A stretch of 64,000 bases of DNA from Reclinomonas americana ATCC 50394 (Eukaryota). Under the pieces are notes generated by a model. The model did not search any database and was not told where the DNA came from. It saw nothing but the letters and a program-made list of their open reading frames with translations. This document shows, one piece after another, positions 52,389 through 64,000 of this stretch. Position 1 is the stretch's first letter; each line of letters opens with the position of its first letter. The DNA is taken from NCBI GenBank assembly GCA_048213135.1, contig PS015295.1:14449-78448 (forward strand). The letters are read 5' to 3'. A program made the position numbers and the translations under genes.

Positions 52389-52510
52389 TGCGCTCTTCTC
52401 AATCTATTAGAATTTTGCGCGGGAAAAATCGCGTGTCCTCTGACTCCTCCCGCGGCGACGTTACGTTATCGAGCTCCGTTCTGCAAGTGCGTCTCGTCGC
52501 AGTTTACTAT

Positions 52511-54719
<2,209 letters not shown>

Positions 54720-54766
54720 TCTCTCGGGCTCAGTGAGAGGGAGACGTCCTATCACGTCCTTTGCTC

Positions 54767-55885
54767 ATGATGCTTCGTGTTGCGCGACGAGCGTCGTCGC
54801 CTTTGCTGTCGCGATCGGTGGCGACAGCAGTGGTGAGTGATGTGTGGTGGCGTCGAGCGTTGGCGCCTGCGCAGGGGCAGGGCGGCGGTGAGGTGGTGAT
54901 TCGGCGAGCGCGAGTGCGCGATGTGTCAGAGTTGGTGCGCATGTACACGCACATGTGGGTGCATCACAACCCGGTGATCCAGGCGCTGCAGATCACGGAG
55001 AGCGATCTGCAACCGATGACCTCCATGGGTGAGCGTCAATGCGTGTGGGAGCTTGCCTGCATGCATCGATCGATCGCTCATACGATCATGGTGTGTTGTG
55101 TCAGAGGTCCAAACGGCGATCAAGAGTGGACTGGCGATGGTGGTGGAGCAGCAGCGAGTGGCGCACGCATCAAAGGTAGCTGCATTGTGCGATGCGACTG
55201 GCGACCACGACGACAACGAGAGTGACGCCTTTCGTGGATGCAGGTCGTCGGTTTCATGATTGGCGAAGACATGGTGCCGGACAAGTTTGAGGTCTCCCAT
55301 CCGTACCGGCAGCTGGTGGATGCCAATCCGAAGCTGCGTCGTCGTCTGGCGTTTTGGAGGGACATTGAGGAGCCGTGGATAAGGTGAACGCAACAAGAGA
55401 AAGTTGACACCGTGGTATCGCCATTGCTCATTCGCATCTGTGCAGCAAAGTAAAGGCGGCTGGCGACTGGCGGCCTGGTGTGACACTGCGGACGTTGGCC
55501 GGTGGCGTGCTGCCAGAAGTAAACGGCCTCGGCATCACCACTGACATGCTGAGACTGGCGGCAGAGGTACGCACGGATGTGTGTTGGGCGTGCGACTTGT
55601 CTCTCTCTCACGCACACAACCTGTGGCGATGCAGTGGTGCCGCCAACACGAGTATCGGTACATGACAGATCTGGCGTCGAATGCAGCGTCAGCACGCGTG
55701 GCAGAAAAGTGCGGCATGGTCGAGGTGAATCGCGTGGTGTGGTCTGGTGAGTCCGCACATCCTCGCGTCGCAATGGTGCTCGCACAACTCATGCACGCCG
55801 CACAGACTGGGTGTTCGAGGACGGAACGCGGCCGTACGATCAGTACCCGGGCCATGCGTTACTGTACGTGCAGACACTACGATAG
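54767..55885 (+). CDS. GNAT-family N-acetyltransferase with probable mitochondrial presequence (6 exons)
   Basis: MLRVARRASSPLLSRSVA presequence-like; VIRRARVRD, VVGFMIGED, GVLPEVNGLGITT, SNAASARVAEKCG. Confidence 0.75.
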
Positions 55886-55916
55886 AGAATGGAGGAGAGT
55901 AGATTGTACATATCAT

Positions 55917-58536
55917 TTACGGCGACACGGGCACTCTGTCGTGGTTCGGTGCCTCCGGAAGCGTCGCCTGTCGATCGCGGATCGATCTGGCTGTGCTCTG
56001 CGGTGCGTGCAGCGTGATGGGGTCCGCTGCTCGTGTCGCTGCCGCCGCTGCCAGTTCTGCTTTGCGGCGGACCGCCGTCTCAAAGGTCGACGCGACGCGC
56101 TGATGCGACACCAGCTGGAGGAAGATGAGTGGCTGCGGGCACGAGCAGCAGCACAGCGCTGGAGCGCAGCACCACCACAGCTGCTGGCGGAAACTGCACA
56201 GGGGACGCGCCTGGTCAGTGGCCAATGTCACACATGAAACTTGCTTCCTGTCATGCCATGGCATCACCTGGGCACGTGATAGGCCGCCGTCGTGTTGCTG
56301 TCGACAAACGAGGGACAGCAGGCGTCGAAGAATGGGCACACTGAATTGTTTGTACCGCAGCAGCGAGTGCGGATTCGAACTCGACTGCAGCGGACGATGA
56401 GTGAGGACAGGAGGAGAGAAGACCGCGGATGGATGCATGCTCACCGCCAGTGCACACCCATGGGGTGAAAGACGCCCTCGTTCCACTCATCCAGCACCTG
56501 CTGCACGCGGGCAAATGTACTCGGAGCGCCACGCAAGCAGGCGCCACACCAACCAATGCAGCAGCACGCGCGGCAACTCTCGCAATCACGCAGACAGTCA
56601 CAAGAACGAGCACCAGTGTAGTCGAGTCGTGAACGCACACGCAGTGCCTCGGCCGCACCCTCGACGGCCTCCAGGAACACCGAGGCGATGGCACGCGGAT
56701 CGACAGCAGCCGCCGGTGATGCTGTTGTTGCAGCAGTGCGACGCCACCCATCACTGTTCGACTGCATGATCAGTGGTCGGCCGCGCAGCACGCGCGCCAG
56801 AAACTCCACATCACGGTGCCTGTCTCACAAGCCGGTGAGAAGCTACAGGTGGAGGATGTAGCGCACGCACGCACTGACGCACCCGTACTCTGCTTTGCGC
56901 CACTCGTGCGTATCGCGGAAACTCCCAAAACTGTCGGCCTCCCGAATCGTCGTCACCATGCGATGCGCCCATGGCCTCCGTGGCTTGTCGGCACGACCCA
57001 CGGCCGAGTGACCGACATCGTTGAGACGCGCCACCTCAGCCTCAGCGGAGCAATCCACTCCACAGCAGCAGTGTGTGAGTGACATTGCGACAACAACCCA
57101 AAACTGTAGACCAGCAGCTGCGATTCAAGATTTGTCCACACACGATTTACACAACAACACAAGTCTCACAAGTTTGGAAACAGGGAGATGATACCGCGCC
57201 GCTGCTCCAGTACACGGTAGCCTCCAGGTGGCGAGCGAACCTGCTCAATTCGCTGCAGCTGGTATCGCAGCAGCGTCGACTGGTGAATGAGTCTCTCCGT
57301 CAGTCTCTCATCGTACTCTGGCAGCGGATCCAGTGGTCGCAGCAACTCTGCAGGCAGAGGAGGGAAAGCAAATGAGATTCCTGGTGTGTGCGAATATTGA
57401 CTGTGTGCGCGCACACGAACCCGCGTGTGTCGCTGACGATACTTGTTGTTGTTGTTGTCGTTCGCGGTGCTTCCGGCGCACTCGCGATGAGCAGTGTTCT
57501 TCCATGTACTTGCGTCGCTGGAGGGTGGAGGTAGCCGGCATGCTTGCACTGTGAAGAGAGAGCTCGTGCGGTCAGCAACGGAGCTGTGCAGGGAGATGTA
57601 TGACAGCAGCATGGAGATCACGCAACGCGATAAACTCCTTCAGCGGATCGGCGCAGACACTGGAACCGGATCCAGAAGATACTGACGATGTGTCTGTGGT
57701 CGTCCTTGTGGAAACCGACGATGAACTGGCACCACTGGAGCCGATGCTTGCAGTGCTGCGAGTGCCACCACCAAAGTGAACGAAGCTGTCTTTGTTCTCC
57801 TGTGCATGCTCGTCGTCATCATCATCATCGTCAGTCCACCGCTGCTGCTTGGCCAGCTGCTTGAGTTCCTTGTGTCGCGCTCGCAGGTCTCGTGTCAAAT
57901 GCGCCGAGTTCAACAACAAGTCTGGCGACGACCAGACAGAGAGAGCGTAAGGCGCAAGAAGAGCAGCAACAGCAGGCGTGTGTATGAACCATCAAAGTAC
58001 GCCAGCGCAGCAATGTACGCCGTCTCCGCTCTCCCCAGTGCACTGCGCAACTCGCCTTGACACTGCCAACGACGCGTCAGCGCAAAACTACGCGACTCAT
58101 GTTCACCCTCTTCATGTGGCACCACTCAACTTGCAACAGGCGGCGATGATAAAACACCTGAGTGTCCTCCGGTAGTCTCTGCAGCTCCTGGAACCCCGCA
58201 TCCAGCGCACGCAACAGCTGCTCGTGCTGCTCGGCGACCACAACAGGGATGAGGACACGAGAAAGAGAGAGAGAGATGGAGACGAGTTTGCCTCACCCGT
58301 GTCAGAAACACACTCCAGTCTGTCTGGATCTTGCCACCAAGGTCCGTCTTCTTGCTCTGTGGGCGTGTGAACGTGTGGATAAGCAAAACAGCACACGCCT
58401 TCTCTGTTGTTATCATGCGCGCAACTCCTCCACTCTCCACATGAAACGACACCCACGAGGAGAAGTACACCAGCCGCTCCACATGCCGCTCACACAGCTC
58501 CACCAGCTCACGCACTCGTGTCAGCGCATCCGACAT
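55917..58536 (-). CDS. Hypothetical multi-exon protein
   Basis: ATG 58536 MSDALTRVRELVELCE and a chain of GT-AG-joined exons; no recognised domain. Confidence 0.45.
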
Positions 58537-58635
58537 GCTCTTCTCTCGCCAGACACACACAAATCACAACGTTCTTGCAACCGTCAGCCTCGTCCTGCAG
58601 CTGTTCGTCGGAACATTGGCGCGGGCTTTGTGGCA

Positions 58636-61481
58636 ATGTGCGGAGGCAAGCGCGATCCGGTTCGTGTGCAGACAGAGAGAGCGAGACAGACAGACAAAGT
58701 GCAGAACATGCACGCTCATTCCGACAGGGCGCACAAGTGCCGATGCACATGCTCGTCTTTGCACACACACTGTTCTCCCCCTTTCCCTGCGCATCTCACA
58801 TGCACACATGTGCATCTTATGCTCTCTCCCTCTCTCTGTATGCGCGCGCTAATGTGTGTGACAGGAGCGATCGCTGCTGATTCGCAACCAAGTGGCCACC
58901 TTCTTCCTCGGTGCCATCAACAACCTCACCTACGTGGTCGTCATTAGTGGCGCGCAGAACATTGTCAACACCTTCAATGTGCCCAACCTGATCGGGTCAG
59001 TGATGCATTCTCATTCACATTTGCGTCGATCTCTCTCAAGATAAAAAGCAGACTGATTCCACTGGCCAACATTGCGCTTGGTCTCGTGGCCAAGTTCGTC
59101 AACACACTGTTCATGGAGAAGGTGTCGTACTCGCTGCGCATGTTCTTTGGCGGCTTTTTGTCGATTGCCGGCTGCGTTCTGGTCGCCTTCTCGCCGCACA
59201 TGAACTTCCCGGTCGCTCTCATTGGCATTCTTCTCATTGGTGCATTCTCCGCGTTCTGCGAGAGGTTTGCAGCTCTTCTTGTGCGGCGCTGCGAGGGGTT
59301 AGGTGGGATGCGTGCTGAAGTGGAGTTGCTGCGCAGTGTCTTCCTCGGCTACCTCAGCCTGTTTCCGCCGGCGTTGGTCGGTGGCTGGTCGAGTGGAACG
59401 GGTCTCGCTGGCGTCTTTGGCTCGGCGTACTATCTGCTGCTCAGTTGCGTCACACAAGGGGAGCAGTCGGTCGGTCATGCCGGTTTTTGCTCACGCTGCC
59501 GTGCATCACAATGCAGATGCGGCCGGTCTCAGCGACATGTGGATCTTCCTGTCGCAAGTGCCCTTTATCTTTGTGTATTGGATACTGTACTTTTTCGTGC
59601 TCTCCAAGCCGCAAGATCGATATCACGCGTTGCCGAATGGTCCGCCGGCAGTGACCGATGCGGAGGGTGTCACCAGTTGCGTCGATGGGGAGTGGAGATG
59701 CCGTGTTTCTAGTCTCTGTCATTCTCTTTTTCGAATCTCGGGTCTAATTTGTTGCTTGTGCGTGACTGCTCGCTCACCGCGTCGCCGTGTCTTTCCAGTA
59801 GCTTACGGGTCTGTGGAGCCACGCAAGGACGAGCAGCACGTGCAGGAGGAGAAGGCTGGCTCTCCGAAAGACGAGGAGAGCATGCAGCTGGTGGACGGCG
59901 GAAAGCCGGCTGGTGAGGCGACGGAACTGCAGCCTCCAACGCGCGCCGTGGTGGGGTGGACCGATATTAAGTTGGCCATGAGGCTTGTGTGGTGGTACTC
60001 GCTGCAGGTGAGTGACATTAGAGGGAGAGGGAGAGGGAGAGGGAGAGGGAGAGGGAGAGGGAGAGGGAGAGGGAGGGGGAGAGGGAAAGAGAAGGAGAGA
60101 GAGGGAGATTTAGAGGGAGGGAGATTGNNNNNNNNNNNNNNNNNNNNNNNNNNNNNNNNNNNNNNNNNNNNNNNNNNNNNNNNNNNNNNNNNNNNNNNNN
60201 NNNNNNNNNNNNNNNNNNNNNNNNNNNNNNNNNNNNNNNNNNNNNNNNNNNNNNNNNNNNNNNNNNNNNNNNNNNNNNNNNNNNNNNNNNNNNNNNNNNN
60301 NNNNNNNNNNNNNNNNNNNNNNNNNNNNNNNNNNNNNNNNNNNNNNNNNNNNNNNNNNNNNNNNNNNNNNNNNNNNNNNNNNNNNNNNNNNNNNNNNNNN
60401 NNNNNNNNNNNNNNNNNNNNNNNNNNNNNNNNNNNNNNNNNNNNNNNNNNNNNNNNNNNNNNNNNNNNNNNNNNNNNNNNNNNNNNNNNNNNNNNNNNNN
60501 NNNNNNNNNNNNNNNNNNNNNNNNNNNNNNNNNNNNNNNNNNNNNNNNNNNNNNNNNNNNNNNNNNNNNNNNNNNNNNNNNNNNNNNNNNNNNNNNNNNN
60601 NNNNNNNNNNNNNNNNNNNNNNNNNNNNNNNNNNNNNNNNNNNNNNNNNNNNNNNNNNNNNNNNNNNNNNNNNNNNNNNNNNNNNNNNNNNNNNNNNNNN
60701 NNNNNNNNNNNNNNNNNNNNNNNNNNNNNNNNGAGAGAGGGAGAGGACAGGTCGAGAGTAGAGAGAGAGAAGATGGAGAAGGAGGGAGAGAGAGAATGCA
60801 AGAAGTGTGTGTATGTGCGTGAGAGAGAGGATGGAGAAGGGCCCGAGACAGAGAGATTTAGAAGCAAAGTTGGGGATGGAGAGAAAACAAGAAGAGAGAG
60901 GGAGGGAGATCAGAGACTTCTATTATTCTTGGGTTGCTAACACAGGGGGAAAACAGCTCGGCCTGGTGTACTTTTTCGAGTACGTGGTCAGCGTGGGTGC
61001 TGCCGACAAGGCGAACCCGTCCACCGACGTCGGTTCATGGGAACGACAGCACGCATACACCATTTTGTCATTCTGCTACCAGTCCGGTGTACTGCTGTCG
61101 CGCTCATCGCTGCCGTTCTTCAAGATCAAGCGTGTCGACATTCTCACCATACTACAAGGCGCCAACTTTGTGTTCTGGATCATTTTGGCCAAGGTGCGTG
61201 TGTGCATAGATGTGCGTGTCGTGTGCGCCGCTGTTCTCACTCGTTGCGCGACCGTGCAGTACAAGTTTGTCAACGTGTGGGTCCAGTTCGTGCTCATGGT
61301 GTACGTGGGTCTCCTCGGCGGCGCCTCGTACGTCAACTGCTTCCACTTGGTGCTAAAGGATCCGAAGATCGACTTGCGGATACGAGATCTGGCCATGAAC
61401 GTGTGCTCGTTCGTCTGCAACGTAGGCATCCTCACGGCGTCGCTCTGGGACATTTTTATGGATCACACATTCCTGCAGTAG
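58636..61481 (+). CDS. CLN3: Battenin/CLN3 lysosomal membrane protein
   Basis: FFLGAINNLTYVVVISGA, ESVFLGY, GGWSSGTGLAG, LVYFFEY, FCYQSGVLLSRSS, VGLLGGASYVNCF. Confidence 0.95.
60020..60125. repeat. (GAGAGG)n purine-rich repeat in a CLN3 intron
   Basis: Directly visible. Confidence 0.9.
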
Positions 61482-61514
61482 TAGTAAGTAAAGAGTTTCG
61501 ATGGTTGCGTTTAT

Positions 61515-62336
61515 TCAGGGAGAAGGAGGATTCCTCTGATCCAACTCACTTCGCAGATCGCTAACGATCCTGTTCAGGTGTGCGGATAATTCCTCCTCGC
61601 TTGAGAGCAGCGTGAGTTCCGGTGAATCATCCGGCAGGTTGCATGTGTGGCTGCAGATGGACACCAGCTCGTAGCTCCTGCGTTCGCACTTGAACTGCGT
61701 CTCCCGCTCCACAGGCGCCGCCTCGACCACCCACGTTTCGGCGGCAGAGGGGAATGGCTCGACGACAATCCACAGCCGTCCATTATTCGCACGCGTCACT
61801 TCGTCGACGCGCCAGAACTCGTCCAGCTGGTACAAGAAGCTCCTGAACAATTCAGCGTTCACCTCCAGGGCAGGATCGGCAGGCTGTCGGTTGTACGTCA
61901 GCTTCTGATGGTTTGTTGAAGGGATGCTGACAGCTGCGACGCACCTCGTCCAACAGCCAGACAAGATTCTCACGATCAAAGTGCGGCATCTCCCTGTGGG
62001 AGCGGAGCTGCATCGCCACCGTGCCTCTCTCGTCGATGACGTAGAAGCACACAAACTTGGTCACCTCGCCCGCGTCACTGAAGAGCGGAAATTGCATCTG
62101 CGGCAACGCTGGAATGAGACTTGCTGTGATCGCCTTGCATCAACACAGCAGCATGGCTCTCCACGAACCGTGTGCATCAGCGCCCACAACTCAAGCCTGG
62201 TCCAGGGACGCGAAATGGCGAAACGGCAATACCTATCGACGTCGGGTAGCGAACACGCTGGCGGAGGCTCGGCGACATGCTCGCACAGCCACGCACGAAG
62301 CGCGCCATCATTCACCGCGTTGCCTTCTCGCGACAT
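61515..62336 (-). CDS. Hypothetical protein (3 exons)
   Basis: MSREGNAV..LWALMHT / RCPQMQFPLF..LLDE / PADPALEV..; GT-AG joins. Confidence 0.5.
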
Positions 62337-62814
62337 TGTGTAAAAAACTTCGACGTCGACGTCGAGGCAAATCGGACACGAAGTCGACGACGTCGACCGT
62401 TTCGGTGATCTCAAACTGCGTCACACAGAGCCAACCATGTCGCTGGCCGCACCCTCCAGCAACCTGGTGCTCTCCCAGAACTGCCTCACACTTCCACGGT
62501 TTGCGATCACACTCACTCTCACACTCTCACTCTGACTCTCAGTCAGACATGGGACCAACGCGTGCTCTCTCTCTCTCTCAATNNNNNNNNNNNNNNNNNN
62601 NNNNNNNNNNNNNNNNNNNNNNNNNNNNNNNNNNNNNNNNNNNNNNNNNNNNNNNNNNNNNNNNNNNNNNNNNNNNNNNNNNNNNNNNNNNNNNNNNNNN
62701 NNNNNNNNNNNNNNNNNNNNNNNNNNNNNNNNNNNNNNNNNNNNNNNNNNNNNNNNNNNNNNNNNNNNNCTTCATCAGCGTGCACGTCGTGACGGGAAGT
62801 TTGTACAGTCGCGT

Positions 62815-64000
62815 ATGCGAGCGCTGCAGCAGCAGTTGTTGGAGGAGCAGGAGCAGGAACAGGAGGAGAGGGGAGTGCAGTGGGCGGATCCACCGGCGTC
62901 CTCGTATGGAGGCGTGGCGGCGTCGAGTGAGGCCGATCCGGGCGCAGAGTTTGACGATCCGTTTCTCATGCAGCTGGAGCAGATGCGGCTGGCGCAGGCG
63001 GAGCGGCTGCGCGAGTTGGAGGAGCGCATGTATGGTCGACCGGTGATGCAGGATATGATGGCGGGCAATGGGAACGGCAATGGTGGTAATGTGGTCCGTG
63101 GAGAGCCGGAGTATGAGCTGGAGTCGGATCGGTGGAATGCGTTGCATCGGCGAGTGGGAGCGCGACGTGCCGACGCACTGCAAAAGCCGACCCGGCATGC
63201 GTGGCAGGAGGCGCGTATCAACGACGGCGATCTGTTTGCGGATGAGTTGCCGAGTTTCGTCTTCCGTCGATGCGCGATGTCGTGTCGTATTTTTGCTGAC
63301 CGATCATTCAGTCACGGTGCCGGTCGATGGCGGACAGCGTCGTGTTGCCGACAGCATGGTCTGTGGGGTGCGACTGTTCTCCGTGGAGGAGTTCACGCGC
63401 GTCGAGCTCACACTATATTTCTTCGTGACAGGACTCGGATGCCGGTGGCGAGAATCCGCTGTTCATGTCCACCATTCGCTCCATCAGTGGCATTGGTGGT
63501 CCGTCGAAGACGCGTCACGATGATGGGACGGCGTTTGTGGATTACGACGATGAGTTGTCGCCACGGCCACGGTCACCATCGCGTCTGCCCAGACCATTGG
63601 CCCGACAAGTGGCCACTGCGGGCACCAATACCGGCGCCGGGACCGGTGGCAGTGGATCGGCGGCATCGTCGGGCACTCCATCGGCGCGCGAACTGATTCG
63701 ACTCGCCGACGAAGAGGTGCAGCGTGATCCACTGGACAGGGCACCTCCGCCACCACGGTGGCAATCCAGCAAGGCCGACATGGACTTTGATGACACGGAG
63801 TCACCGCCAGTGGTGGCGCCGTCGGGTCCACGCTGGCAGAGCAGTGCCGTCGGTGGACAGCCAACTCGACACGCGGTGGGTGGCGGACGTGCCGCCGCTG
63901 TGGAGTCTGTGTTCCCGTCCTCGTCGGACGGAGGCGTCGACGGAGACGATCTCGTCAAGCCACGCGCTGCATCGGTGCCACCGCGATGGCAGAGTGCCGC
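62815..64000 (+). CDS. Hypothetical acidic/disordered protein, runs off the window
   Basis: ATG 62815 MRALQQQLLEEQE; open exon 63432-64000 with repeated PPRWQS. Confidence 0.5.

Noticed and set aside
62400-62455. Weak reverse-strand resemblance to the retroelement-flanking repeat (gtgcggcca..tttgagatcac)
   Set aside because: Only two short matching blocks with different spacing; compatible with chance.

Overview
Gene-dense, intron-rich nuclear DNA from a eukaryote. It is probably a flagellated protist, since delta-tubulin, Chibby-like and enkurin genes are present, but the lineage cannot be determined from this window. There are many assembly gaps and CA/CT microsatellites. About 30 spliced genes can be assembled by hand, including SERF, delta-tubulin, PRP38B, an MGAT2-like glycosyltransferase, DNAJA, a prokaryote-type Zn-ribbon protein, a MAPEG protein, an atypical Rho GTPase, ATP synthase subunit f, GID4, enkurin, RPL13A, PIP5K, a GNAT and CLN3/battenin. 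An interrupted R2-superfamily (RT plus restriction-like endonuclease) non-LTR retrotransposon is bracketed by a ~100-bp structured direct repeat. The most unusual signal is in splicing. More than 20 introns start with GTTGCG or GTTGAG, which is the ordinary GTGCG/GTGAG donor with one extra T, and homologous introns in an internally duplicated gene switch between the two donor types. Other leads are a TIR-bounded, possibly spliceable insert in the retroelement, a snoRNA-like hairpin in the long first intron of RPL13A, and an intron-containing prokaryote-type gene. Exon boundaries were inferred by eye from reading frame and remembered family motifs. No database searches were run.
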